In this document: in pieces, positions 36,870 to 49,984 of the stretch
How positions within the stretch are numbered: position 1 is the stretch's first letter
Layout: the number at the start of each line of letters is the position of its first letter
Source of the DNA: Eledone cirrhosa
Lineage: Eukaryota
Reading direction: 5' to 3'
Assembly (NCBI GenBank): GCA_964016885.1
Contig: OZ024747.1
Location: forward strand, 89,032,001-89,096,000
DNA length: 64,000 nt
Notes under the pieces: generated by a model
Told to the model about the DNA's origin: nothing
Databases searched by the model: none
The model's input: only the letters and a program-made list of their open reading frames with translations
Program-made: the position numbers and the translations under genes

Positions 36870-37300
36870 TCAATGTGGATGTGTATGGATACTGGAATTA
36901 TCATGAAAATAGATGCAGAGTTATGAGATCGAATGTAATATACTTGTAGAATCTAAAGTTTGTGTAGAGTATACCTATTTAAGGTAAGGTGTCACTACAT
37001 CCATTATCTATAGAGTAATGTAGTACAAATGATCTATAAGTTAGTTGTGGTTGGCTGAGTATGAAAGTAAGATGTGTGTATTGCCTTAGCTGATATAGAT
37101 GAAAGGTTCTCTACATAACATAAGGAGTAGGAGAATATAGAGGAGTGTGTTAGTATGGATGGTATTTTGGGAAAGTTCTCAGAGTTCTATGTTGGCAGTT
37201 AAATATTCTGCCATGTCTTGAGCTTAACAGATCTTTTCCAGTCATAATCTCCAATACTTCTAAAGAGCAAAGTTCACAATTCTGTCATTCTCTCTGATAC
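36870..37300 (-). mobile_element. Possible very decayed Penelope-like RT fragment
   Basis: Minus translation has FPKIP (cf. LPKIH), VENLSS (cf. TENLS) and IMDVVTPY (cf. TMDVTSLY) in the expected order. Confidence 0.35.
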
Positions 37301-38069
37301 AGCCTAGTGAACCATAAAATCAACCATGATAACTTATATCTTACATTATTTTGTTTCAAATCCCAGATTTTCTTTGTGAGCACTGTTGATTTCTGCAGGT
37401 CTGGGTTTTTGAACAAGCAGGTATGTACCTATAGTCATTTTAAAATAAAGTTAGAGGTGGCTCCTATGTATTTATACGTTCCCAAATTACACAAATATAG
37501 AAGAAAAAGCATCCCAAGAGTGTCAACTGACAAAGAAGTGAGAGAATGGTGTGTGGGGCTTAACCAAATGAGAAAAATATAGAAAAGAGAGAAATAGTCA
37601 AACAGAGGAGAATAATAAGGACTGTAGTCGAATGTATAGACAAAGAATAATGACACTGAGGCATAGAAAAGGTAAGAAGGGAGAATTGAGGAAAGGTGAT
37701 GTGATGTCTATTATATGATAGTTTCAATATACATATGATGATGATGATGATATATTATATATTAATACAAACCAAAATTACAAATTTTGGTTTCTATTTT
37801 TTCTTTTTTGGCGGGGTCATATGTGGCTATTTTTCTCCTTTTTTATATTCCTAACTCCAATTGTACTGCACACCAACTTTGATTTTAGTACAATTATCCC
37901 TCCATTATGTTGAACTGAAACTGGCTGGAATCCAATATAAAAATCTTATAGAATTATTTCTGTAAAAGAAACAGGTGGAGGAAGGGAAGTTTAAAAAAAC
38001 ATTTATCATTGTTCTATAATTTTTGGTGTTATTCCATAAGTACATGGAAATAGTGTTATAGAGAGTATG

Positions 38070-38838
38070 TGGATGATGGACCAATGGTTGGTTCATATCC
38101 TGTTATAGCTCTCATACCATTGTATGGTAGACCAATGGTTGGTTCATATTATGTTATAGCTCTCATACCATTGTATGGTAGACCAATGGTTGGTTCATAT
38201 CATGTTATAGCTCTCATACCATTGTATGGTAGACCAATGGTTGGTTCATATCCTGTTACAGCTCTCATACCATTGGATGGTAGACCAATGGTTGGTTCAT
38301 ATCATGTTACAGCTCTCATACCATTGGATGGTAGACCAATGGTTGGTTCATATTATGTTATAGCTCTCATACCATTGGATTGTAGACCAATGGTTGGTTC
38401 ATATCATGTTATAGCTCTCATACCATTGTATGGTAGACCAATGGTTGGTTCATATCATGTTACAGCTCTCATACCATTGTATGGTAGACCAATGGTTGGT
38501 TCATATCATGTTATAGCTCTCATACCATTGTATGGTAGACCAATGGTTGGTTCATATTATGTTATAGCTCTCATACCATTGTATGGTAGACCAATGGTTG
38601 GTTCATATCATGTTACAGCTCTCATACCATTGTATGGTAGACCAATGGTTGGTTCATATCCTGTTACAACTCTCAACACATTGTATGGTAGACCAATGGT
38701 TGGTTCATATCCTATTATAGCTCTCATACCATTGTATGGTAGACCAATGGTTGGTTCATATCCTATTATAGCTCTCATACCATTGGATGGTAGACCAATG
38801 GTTGGCTCATATCATGTTACAGCTCTCATACCATTGTA
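38070..38838. repeat. 51-bp minisatellite, 15 copies
   Basis: Unit CCAATGGTTGGTTCATATCATGTTATAGCTCTCATACCATTGTATGGTAGA starts at 38081 and recurs every 51 nt to 38795. Confidence 0.98.
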
Positions 38839-38839
38839 C

Positions 38840-39245
38840 AAAATGAACACCTCATGTTTTAGGGGGGATGGATGGATGACATATTTGAAACCAGTTCCTC
38901 AAAATTAGCTAAAACCAACAACAAAAAGTTTGTTGACCAGTTTAATTATTTCAATCTCATTACCTTGAACACAAATTTGGGGTTGGGGATTGCCATCTGT
39001 GATAGAGAGGAGTGAAGGATTAAAAAATATTAGGATTTAAGTAACCACTTGTTTTTGTCCTTGTTGCCATTGAAACTTCCAGCGTCTTCAGTAACCAGAC
39101 GGCTGATTTCTTCCACAAAATTGGGAACAGTGCATCTCAATTGAAGAAGAAACCCTATGAGATGGAATGGCTAAGACAGTGGGTGTTACTGGCTGTCCGC
39201 CACAGAAACACTTTTATCATTTTATTTACAGTACACAGCTAAGAT
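38840..39245 (+). mobile_element. CRE-clade-like non-LTR retrotransposon 3' (REL endonuclease) remnant
   Basis: Plus translation FRGDG ... REE*RIKKY*DLSN ... FVLVAIETSSVF ... EMEWLRQWVLLAVRHRN resembles the CRE-type E..K..KY / FVPVAVETSG / LFQRLSLAV.RGN motifs. Confidence 0.7.
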
Positions 39246-39469
39246 ATACCACCGAACCAAGAGTGTGGAATTTGTCTACTCTTTTCTCCCTTCTCTTTTA
39301 ACATTTTGAAAAATATTCTCTAATGTATTTTTTAATTTAAATTTAATTTACAAGTGTAAAATAAGAAGCAAATATCTAAAAATATCTGTAAGTAAATTAA
39401 AATATCCCCAACCACAATCACTAATATAATTAAATCACAGGATTAATGATTTTGTTGGTTGGAATATTA

Positions 39470-39840
39470 TTTTTTTCTAGATCTTTCATGAAAATATCTT
39501 TCGCCATTGTACATTTATTTATTTATTTATTTATTTATTTATGTATTTATTTGTGTATTTGTTTATTTATTTATTTATGTATTTATTTGTTTATTTGTTT
39601 GTTTATTTATTTATGTATTTATTTGTATGTTTGTTTATTTGTGTATTTGTTTGTTTATTTATTTATTTGTATGTTTATTTGTTTATTTATTTATGTTTGT
39701 TTATTTGTGTGTTTATTTGTTTATTTATTTTATTTATTTATTTGTTTGTTTATTTATTTATTTGTCTGTTTGTTTGTTTATTTGTCTGTTTGTTTGTTTA
39801 TTTGTGTATTTCTGTGTTTGTGTGTATATTTATTTGTTAA
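39470..39840. repeat. (TTTA/TTTG)n tetranucleotide microsatellite
   Basis: Direct inspection. Confidence 0.95.
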
Positions 39841-40050
39841 TGTTCCTTTGTTTTCAACATAATCAGACTAATTTCCAGAATTATAATTTTCCTGCTACTT
39901 CCTTGAACTTCTGTCATTATTATTATAATAATTTGTATTATTATCAGGAAAACTTACACACTCACATATATATACACACTCATACACACGGCCATACACA
40001 CACCTACATACGCACACACACATACACACGCAAACTCATATACAAACTCA

Positions 40051-40083
<33 letters not shown>

Positions 40084-40484
40084 CATCCAGATTTTTTATT
40101 ATCCGTAAAAATTACATGCACACACACATACACACACACCCATGCACACACACATACACTCACATACTCACACTCACACTCACGTACACATATATATATA
40201 TATATATTTATAAGCTGACATGACAGTAAACAAATGATGTTATAAAAAATACAGAGACACACACACATACATACTTACATGCACTCACACTTACACACAA
40301 TACACACACACATCGTAAACATGCAACTTAACTGTCTTATACACAGATAAACAAAAGAGACTTGTAACCAAAAAAACTGAAGCTGGACAACTCTTTTGAA
40401 ATACATGAACAGATAATGTGTAAAGATTTAAAGAACTCTACATCAAACTCTATTTATTTATTATTCCTTACTAGCTAAATTAAT

Positions 40485-40724
40485 TTAACCCTTTAGTTAC
40501 CAGCCCAGCCAAAACCAGCTCTGGTACTTTGAAACAAAACTACCTATTTTAAAAGTGTCCTATTTGAATTAAAATCTTCTAACATAATTTTATATAACAA
40601 CCTTACATTAAGTTACAATCTTAGTAATGAAATAATTGATCATTTTAGTAAATACCTCAACATTCCTCATCAATTAATTGAAATAGAGTGCATATCATTA
40701 AAAATATGGCCATGAAAGTTTTAA
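40485..40724. mobile_element. MITE family 2-related copy
   Basis: TTAACCCTTTAGTTACC ... AAATATGGCCATGAAAGTTTTAA. Confidence 0.6.
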
Positions 40725-40764
40725 ATAAAAACATAAATAAAATAAAAGTGAAGATTCTTTACTA

Positions 40765-41174
40765 TGAAGGGCCACACTTTCTTCATAACAATTGTATTGT
40801 ATCTTGTTGACAGCCCCAGAAAGTAATCAGAATGCTGATTGCTTGCCACTTATGTACAGCAGCCTTTGAACTTGTACCATTCTTTTATTTGAGTAATATC
40901 CATGGAATTGTCATCAAAGGACTGTTGAAATTTTCAACTTGTTTCCACTTGGGTATATCCAAGTTTTTGGCAAAAATTTGAAGCAAGATTATTGCTCCAC
41001 ACATTCCATCATCATAGGTGCAATGAAAATACAACAAATAAATAGTACAGTATCTCACATGATAGTTACTTGACAGTGAATGATGCATTCGACAAGCTTG
41101 CCAAAAACAACTTTGCACACTCTTGCCTCCCACAGGAAGAAATACTATTGGATACTTTTTCAACAGACCTCATA
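40765..41174 (-). mobile_element. Decayed mariner 5' fragment (second family)
   Basis: TIR TATGAGGTCTGTTGAAAAAGTATCC; translation MECVEQ*SCFKF..KLGYTQVET..FQQSFDDNSMDITQIKEWYKFK resembles the mariner HTH region. Confidence 0.8.
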
Positions 41175-41282
41175 TTTATCCAATTCTCCATGCACTGTAT
41201 TTCAAAATTCCCTTTGTACTGTATTTAAAAACTATTTTTTGTATGATATTGATGAATATTGAAATCAACTTAGTTGACAGCA

Positions 41283-41508
41283 TTAACTCCTAACAACTAA
41301 CACTGATTGAACAGAAAATATCTAAAAACGGGTTTGTTAATTCAAATATATGTAGTATCTTTACTAGTGGACAGATCATTGTGAACATTTGCAGTTTACT
41401 AAAGTAAAGCCTCTAATTTTTAAAGTGATTCAGTCATAGTGCAGTTTTGTATTTTTCAAGAATGTCTTGCTAATGTGGTTTTATGTGGTACAGGATGTTA
41501 AGATATAA
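41283..41508. mobile_element. MITE family 3
   Basis: Internal homology to 32053-32270; right end TGGTACAGGATGTTAAGA. Confidence 0.75.
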
Positions 41509-41785
41509 TAATCTCAATGATCTTGGTGACAAATGTTTTAGTTCTTTGATCATCTGAACTGTCATGCAAGTGGCTGAGTATTCCACAGGCACTTGTACTA
41601 TTACACAATTTATTAACGACCACAGATTAATTTGACAATATATATCTGTATATATGTGAGTATGTATGTATGCATACATATATATATATATAGTTGCATG
41701 TGTGTATGTGGTTGTATGTATGTGTGTGTATGCATGTATGTGAGAAAGAAAAAAAGAGAAAGAGCGAGAGAGAAAGAGAGAGAGA

Positions 41786-41841
<56 letters not shown>

Positions 41842-42234
41842 TGTAGTCATGTAGTCCAATGAGCTAGACACTACATAGGTGAAAGGGACCCATCTGTCTT
41901 GGTACGAAATCAATTGGAATCTGTGATTGACTCCACCTGATATCTTTTATTATTGATCCCATTCTTATTCCAAAAGTCTACAATAAACATCTGACAGTGT
42001 GGAATTGGCTTCTTTCATTGTTTATTGTACATTTGATTTCAGTAATTTCCTCTGCTGTCTTAACCTCCTATCTAAACCTTTATCAATAGTATTAACAAAT
42101 GGCACAAGTTCTTTGATCTTTTTACTGCTTCTCATACTAAAAAATCGTCACCGGAATATGATACCTTCGATATACTAATGTCAGCGACTTCCGTCCATCC
42201 TTCCGTCACACAATGGGTGTCTGTTTGTAAATTT

Positions 42235-43180
42235 ATACGTGTGTTTGTGTGAATGTATGTGTGTGTGTTTGTGTGAATGTATGTGTGTGTGTTTGTGTGA
42301 ATGTATGTATATGTGCGTTTGTGTGAATGTATGTGTATTTGTGTTTGTGTGAATGTATGTATATGTGTGTTTGTGTGAATGTATGTGTGTTTGTGTTTGT
42401 GTGAATGTATGTATATGTGTGTTTGTGTGGTGTTTGTGTGAATGTATGTATATGTTTGTTTGTGTGAATGTATGTGTGTGTGTTTGTGTGAATGTATGTG
42501 TGTGTTTGTTTGTGTGAATGTATGTGTGTGTGTTTGTGTGAATGTATGTATATGCGTGTTTGTGTGAATGTATGTGTGTTTGTGTTTGTGTGAATGTATG
42601 TGTGTGTTTGTTTGTGTGAATGTATGTGTGTGTGTTTGTGTGAATGTATGTATATGTGTGTTTGTGTGAATGTATGTGTGTTTGTGTTTGTGTGAATGTA
42701 TGTGTGTGTTTGTTTGTGTGAATGTATGTGTGTGTGTTTGTGTGAATGTATGTATATGCGTGTTTGTGTGAATGTATGTGTGTTTGTGTTTGTGTGAATG
42801 TATGTGTGTGTTTGTTTGTGTGAATGTATGTGTGTGTGTTTGTGTGAATGTATGTATATGCGTGTTTGTGTGAATGTATGTGTGTTTGTGTTTGTATGAA
42901 TGTATGTGTGTGTTTGTTTGTGTGAATGTATGTGTGTGTGTTTGTGTGAATGTATGTATATGTGTGTTTGTGTGAATGCATGTGTGTATGTGTTTGTGTG
43001 AATGTATGTGTGTTTGTATGAATATGTGTGTGTGTGTGTGTTTGTGTGAATGTATGTGTGTGTTTGTGTGAATGTATGTGTGTGTGTTTGTGTGAATGTA
43101 TGTGTGTATTTGTGTGAATGTATGTGTGTATTTGTGTGAATGTATGTTTATTTGTGTGAATGTATGTGTGTGAGTGTGTA
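42235..43180. repeat. Complex GT-rich satellite, ~20-24-bp unit (GTGAATGTATGTGTGTGTTTGT) with higher-order periodicity
   Basis: About 40 units; the source of the spurious 360-aa His/Thr ORF. Confidence 0.95.
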
Positions 43181-43376
43181 TTTTTGTAAGTGTGCCTGTG
43201 TTTGCACATTTGTATTTGTATACTTATACATATAAATGTATGTATATACACACATATAGACATCTATATATATATGTACGTAAGTGTCAGTGGGTTGAAA
43301 ACAATCCCAGTTCCAGTAAATTGAGACATGAAAACCAACAGCTTTCAACCCATGACAGCATGGAAAATACTGTCAT

Positions 43377-43383
43377 ATGATGG

Positions 43384-43415
<32 letters not shown>

Positions 43416-43617
43416 GTAGTGATGATGGTGGTGATGATGATGATGATGATAATGATGATGGTGATGATGATGCTAGTAATGATGGTGATGATGATGATGA
43501 TAATAATGATGAAAATAATGATGATGATGGTGATGATGATGCTGGTAATGATGGTGATGATGATGATGGCGATGATGATGATTATAATGATGATGGCGAT
43601 GATAATGATAATAATAA
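43377..43617. repeat. (GAT)n-derived microsatellite
   Basis: Direct inspection. Confidence 0.95.
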
Positions 43618-43899
43618 TTGTTTCTACTTTTGGCACAAGGCCAGCAATTACCCAGTACATTACTGGTACTTTATTTTATCAACCCCGTAAGGATGAAAGG
43701 CAAAGTTAACCTCGGCGGGATTTGAACTCAGAATGGCATAATAATAATGATGCTGATAATGATGATAATGATGATGATGATGATGAAATCCATGAATTAA
43801 GCTCTATGTATATGTGTGTATGGTTTTATGTATGTTTGTGTTTAATTTGTCTATGTTATATATGTTCTTCTGCATTCATTATTGTAGTGTCTTGTCAGT

Positions 43900-44290
43900 A
43901 TCAATACTGCTTCGCAGCATAGAGTTACATCCCTTTACATTCTGAGTTCAAATCTTGCTGAGGTTAGCTGTGCCTGTCATCCTTATAGGTTTGATATAAT
44001 AAAGCACCAGTAACACACTGGGTCAATTTAACACTTTAGCATTTACATTAAACCTTATTTACTATTGTATTTTTACAGTAAAGGCTTTATCTCACATAGT
44101 ATTGAATCTATGAGATTTTGATATTGTATATTTTGAGAACAATACCTTAACATCAGTATGAGTGGTCAGTTACAGCCAGTTTGAAAGAAAGAGGGGATAG
44201 AATTCTGGCCAGATAGCTGGTTTAAATGCTAAAGGGTTAATCGACTTTCCCTCCCCCAAAATTATTGGCCTAAATCAGAAACTATTATTT
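43900..44290 (+). mobile_element. Deu/Nin-like SINE split by a family 1 MITE (44028-44240)
   Basis: GGTCAAT-TTAA-[MITE]-TTAA-TCGACTTTCCC; the TTAA is duplicated. Confidence 0.9.
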
Positions 44291-44339
44291 TATGAATTTT
44301 CACCAAATTTTGGGTACACAAGAGATGTAGTGGAATAGC

Positions 44340-44830
44340 AGGCAAACTAACAGGAAAGGAAAACATCTTCGATATTAATCCTGCAGAGTTTGCTTTTGTT
44401 GTCACATCTAGGTGTTTTGCCTGCATCCCTATTTCTTTTGTGAATCAGGTATTTTGTATTGATTTTCTGTTCTTGGATTGCAAAGGCATATCCTACAGAG
44501 TGAGAGCCAATATAGTGGTTGTTGGCAACATATCTATGCATGATTTTTTGCTGATAAGCATGCAGTTTTTCATCCATGGATTCAATGTGGTATTGCTGGG
44601 CAATTTCCTTTCATAATGCAGAGAGTATCTTTAAAGGAGTTCCTTTCTAACTCTCACAATCTTCTCTGTCTCACGTAGACAGACTTGCTCAATATCTATG
44701 TGCAGTCTTTGAAGTTCCTTAGTTACAAGTGCAATTCTTATTTCCTTAGTTACAAGTGCAATTCTTATTTCTGTTTGGTTTGATGAATTCTGGTCCTAAG
44801 TGTTGTAACATTCCAACAACAGATGTTCAG
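44340..44830 (-). mobile_element. R4/Dong-like non-LTR fragment (pre-zinc-knuckle region)
   Basis: SHSVGYAFAIQEQKINTKYL ... DNKSKLCRINIEDV..SC resembles the EG...AIQEQ.I.T / CRLC....E...H...C motifs. Confidence 0.75.
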
Positions 44831-45655
44831 CTTAACTTGCTTTTCTGTATGTATGTATGTCTGTGGGTGCGTGTATGTATGTATGTGTGTATGTATGTGT
44901 GTGTGTGTATGTACAAACGCATGCACATATGTATGTATGTTTATATATATGTGTAAGAATCTTATTTTCTATGAGATATCTTGTTTTGTGAGAGAATGTA
45001 TTTGTGCGTATAAATGTATGTATATAAATATATATGTGTGTACGTCTATAACATGAACTAGTGTGTGTGTGTGTGTCTTTAGTGCAACCAAGTATCTGTG
45101 TGTATATATATATATTATATGTATGTATAAATGCATTTATGTGAGTGTGTATGTGGCAATATTGGATTTATGCAGTGTTTATTTTTTTTAGAGAATGTAT
45201 GTTAATGTGTGTGTGTGTGTGTGTGTGTATGTGTGTACATGTGCATATGTGTTCATGTGTATATGTATATATATGTGTGAATATGGTTATTGTGTATTAC
45301 AAATGTGGATAGTACAATTGTATATCTGTGTTTATGTGGCAGTTCATGTATGTTATCATGACAGGCCATCAATAGTTGATGAAATAGCATAAGTCATAGT
45401 ACCAGAAATAAATTACTATTCTCCTCCACTACTCTCTATCATTATCTGCTGCAGCTGTGGCTATCAATGTCCAATCTCCTCACATTACATTTAGCCTCAT
45501 CTTTGACCTGTACCATCCAACATATGCAATTGATTAGTGACTTCAGAGTAAAGGCTAGACAGATCCAGAGACAAGACAATCTGGAGATGGAAGATATGGA
45601 TGTTAAAAGATCCATAAACTAGTCGAAGGTTCAGAGAAGTACTATTTGATGCATA

Positions 45656-45922
<267 letters not shown>

Positions 45923-46219
45923 ACCTGTGAGGGTCAGAGTCTTAAAACACGACTTCTAGAGAGTCCTATCATAAGAAACCATCTACAAATGCATGGGAGA
46001 TGATAACAAAACAAAAAATAGACAGAAAAATTTACAGGTGTGTTTAGACCAAAGGTGATAAATACAACTAGATTTGAATGGACAACAGACTGTGCATATA
46101 AATGTGCAACACAAGACACCAAAAGCAGTGAAATGTGGTGGAGTATGGAACAAAGAAATTATGTCTGCTGCTTACCAGTGTTACTGACTGAAAGGCCAAT
46201 ACATGCATGTATGTATATA

Positions 46220-46409
46220 TAATTGTTTCTACAATTAGCACAAGGCCAGCAATTACCCAGTGCATTACTGATACTTTATTTTATCGACCCTGTAAGGATG
46301 AAAGGCAAAGTTAACCTCAACGGGATTTGAACTCAGATCATAAAGGGCCGTAACTCTATGCTGCAAAGCATGGTGTCCGACTCTCTACCGATACTGTCAA
46401 TCCACCGCC
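46220..46409 (-). mobile_element. Full-length Deu/Nin-like SINE with TSD
   Basis: Flanking direct repeat CATGTATGTATATA at 46206 and 46410. Confidence 0.9.
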
Positions 46410-47924
46410 CATGTATGTATATAGAATAATGACTTATTGTAAAGATTTGAATTATTAAAGAACATCAAACTCCAATGAAATTATTCTTTCCTCTTTATTC
46501 AAATTTATCTAACTCTACCAAGGAATTCCCTTCATTTTCTACTACTACACACACACACACACACACTGTTAAGTGGTCTTTTGGGTGTCACGGCAAAAAG
46601 CACCTAGCACACATTGTAAAGTGGTCATGTAGGTGTCATGACAAAAAGGACCCAGAAAACACTGTAAAGTCACGAAAAAAAGCACACAGCACACACTGTA
46701 TATATGGTTGGCATTAGGAAGAGCATCCATCCATAGAAACCAAGCCAGAAACAGTCCTATATGAGTAAAACACGGTCAGCTGACCCAACTTGCTTCTAAT
46801 GGGACAACCTGTCTAATCCATGCTAGCATGGAAAATGAACGTTAAACAATGATGATGATGATGATGATATATATATACACACACATATATGTATTTTATT
46901 TATTGACCTCGAAAGGAGGAATGGCAAAGTTGACTTTGGCAGGATTTGAACTTGGAGCACAATGAGTGAGAACAAATCCAGTATTCTAACGACTGTGCTA
47001 ATTTTCTGCCTACTTTTCAAGTGAATAACTGTAAACAGACAATATTGTTGTGGCTTGTAGCCATGATTATCATATATCTCAGCAATCTCAAAGAGACAAA
47101 CTTAATCATAAGGCCGAGTATAATTCTATTTTCTAGTTATATATTGAAATTGATAAATTAAAACCTTCACATATACATATATGTATATGAGGTTTTTCTG
47201 ATAACCTTTTACAGAATTCAACTGATTCAGTTGATAGAACTGGCTTCTATCAAGCTTCAAGCTGATATCACCCTATATTTCTTTTCAAACTCTGACTCTC
47301 TTAAGTTGAACATGTGATTCATACGATCAATCAGAATACAGAAATTTCAAAGAGATAATAAATGTGAACAAAAGGAACTTGCCTATTGGTCAAGTATTGA
47401 TCAAATGTCTTGTATAAATGTCCATTGCTAAGTGTCTGTTGCAAGATAGAAGCTGTTAATTGAAGGTTTTAGGAATATGAACAAATAACAGCTTGGTTTG
47501 TCAATATCAACTTCTGCCAGATAAATTTAGCACAAATAAAGTTAAAGTCATTCACCATAAAATGAAATCAACTTTAATTAACGATGGTGGTTTAGATGCT
47601 GTCTTTTACAAATGATATGAGAATGTATTCCTAATATAACTGGCAACTGAGATTTCAGCTTTTCAATATGGCTCCAAGATTTTGAATATTTTTTTTACTA
47701 AATATGTTATGGCTTGTTAACTTCTGGTCAACTTTGATTCAACAGACCTATAGTCAAAGGCATTCCAGCTGTAGGACATATTATATCCATGACTTTATTA
47801 TCTAATATGTCCTTTATTTTTAAGATGTCAAGGCAAGGTTTGAAGGAGATTTGGTTGCAGTGTTTTGAGGCACCATGACAGGGTGGTCTGTTTTATATCT
47901 ATTTTATTGCAATCTAGTGTTGTA

Positions 47925-48445
47925 TGGTGCCATAATAAAATGTATCCAGGCAACTGTGTAAACTGGTAGTGCTGGTGCAACAATGAAATGCATTCAGCCC
48001 ATTCTATAAAGTAGTAGCACTGGTACCACAATGAAATCACCCAGTCCACTTTGTGAAGGGGTAGTGCTGATGCCACAATAAAAAGCATTCAGTCCACTCT
48101 GTAAAGTGGTAGTTCTGGTGCCATGGCAAAATCCACCCAGCTAACTCTGTAAAGTGGTAGTACAGGTGCCATGGCAAAATCAACCCAGTCCACTCTGTAA
48201 AGTAGTAGTACTGGTGCAATGGCAAAATCCACCCAGTCCACACTGTTAGGTAATTCTGCTGAAGCCATGATAAAATCCACCCAATACATGATGTGAAGGG
48301 GTTGGCATTAGAAATGGCATCCAGCCATAGAAACCATGCCAGAATGGAACAGATGAGCAAGATGCAGTCATCTGAGCTATCTGGCTTCACAACATGACAA
48401 TCCATTTACTATATACAAGCATGGAAAATAGATGTACCACAGTGG

Positions 48446-48480
<35 letters not shown>

Positions 48481-48493
48481 GTGATGGTGGTGG

Positions 48494-48546
<53 letters not shown>

Positions 48547-48600
48547 GCGGTAGTGATGATGTTGCTGGTGGTGGTGATGGTGACGATGATGATGATGATT
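47925..48600 (+). mobile_element. RTE-tailed SINE-like element with an internal 48-bp tandem array (~8 units) and a (GAT)n tail
   Basis: AAAATCCACCCAG-like motif at 48128, 48176, 48224 and 48272, then GGCATTAGAAATGGCATCCAGCCATAGAAACCATGCC and AGCATGGAAAA; relatives at ~17100, 21510, 46565, 49700, 50570(-) and 63010. Confidence 0.75.
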
Positions 48601-48859
48601 TATTGCAGTAGGAATAAGTGGTAATTACCAGAGCAACTGTTTATATAGGTGGATACCCTTCCTACTACTATATATCCAGGTGTCATGCAAGAATGGAGTC
48701 TGTAGTATTAACCAAGTAAATAAAGCTAAGTAGCGTAAATATCAACAACACTAACTTAGCTATTTACTCTTCATGCAGTTGATGCTTTTAAGTAATTAAC
48801 ATTAAGGATTTGCTTTATATAAATTAAACTGTTTTACAATTCAATCTCTTGGTCATCAT

Positions 48860-49200
48860 CTCTTTCTCCCTCTCACACTCTCTCTCTCTCTTTCTCTCTC
48901 TCACACACACACACACTCTCTCTCTCCCCCCTTCTGCTCTCTTTCTTGCTCTTCCACCTTCTCTCTTTCTCTCTCTCTTTCTCCCTCTCACTCTCTCCCC
49001 CCTCTCTCTCTCCTGCTTCTGTTCTCTTTCTTGCTCTTCCTCCTTCTCCCCCCTTTCTCTCTCTCTTGGCCAATTTTTCTCTCTCTTTCTATCTTTGCTC
49101 CATCTCCCCGTCTCTCAGTATCTCTATCTCTCTCTCTCTCTCTATTCCACCATTCTCTCTATCCCCCTCTCTCACTACCCCCTTCTCTCTCTCTCTGCCA
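48860..49200. repeat. CT-rich low-complexity tract
   Basis: Direct inspection. Confidence 0.9.
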
Positions 49201-49294
49201 TTACTCCACCACCACATTCTCTCACTTCTATTATATATATGTGTGTGTATATATATATACATACATACATACATATATGTGTAATAGTAATATA

Positions 49295-49580
49295 TGTGAA
49301 CGGCAAAGCATAAATGAACTAAGTGAGAAATTAGGAATAAGAGGGATCAGATGCTGTTTACTCGTTGGTATGGCCACGTGATGCACATGAAAGACGACAG
49401 CTGTATAAAAAAGTGCAGGGCGATCAAAATAGATGGAAGCTACAGAGTAGGCAGACCCAGAAAAACCTGGGACGATTTGATAAATTCCGACCTTACACAC
49501 TTACCTCTCTCCAAGACAATGCCACTGGACCGAGATCTTTGGCGCTACACAGTAATACAGAAGACCCGCCTTACCTAAGT
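49295..49580 (+). mobile_element. RTE LINE 3' fragment
   Basis: RWYGHVMHMKDDSCIKKC ... GRPRKTWDD. Confidence 0.9.
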
Positions 49581-49984
49581 ACAAAGCGAAACCTACAGTC
49601 AGTAGGCACCTCTTAACCAAATATACACCCCCATCCCACTACCCCTACCCCCACCCCCATCTACACCACCCCTTTCGCTATAAAGTTATGTTGGTACCAC
49701 AACATCCAGTCCTAAATAAATGAGGTTGTGTAGGTGCCACGACAAAAAAAAAACACACAGTCCATGCTGTAATGTGGCCGTGTAAGTAACACGGTAAAAA
49801 CCTCCCAGTCCACACTGTAAATGTGGTTGGTGTTAGGAAGGGCATCCAGCCGTAGAAAACCTGCCAGACAGTCTTATACGAGCAAGTCAACCAATCTTGC
49901 CTCAAGTGGGACAATTCCCGTCTAAACCCATGCTAGTGTGGAAGATAGACGTTAAACGATGATGATGATGATGATATCATCATT

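Noticed and set aside
38070-38838. CRISPR-like array (palindromic repeat units)
   Set aside because: Units are contiguous with no unique spacers, the context is eukaryotic, and there are no cas genes.
42181-43263. 360-aa His/Thr-rich ORF
   Set aside because: It is a translation of a GT-rich satellite; stops are absent because of base composition.
43328-43709. Asp-rich (biomineralisation-like) ORF
   Set aside because: (GAT)n tail of a retroposon running directly into an antisense SINE.
45585-45630. Hammerhead-like GGAAGA-TATGGAT/ATCCATA-AACTAGTC
   Set aside because: Both core motifs are broken and no stem I is evident; too degenerate to call.
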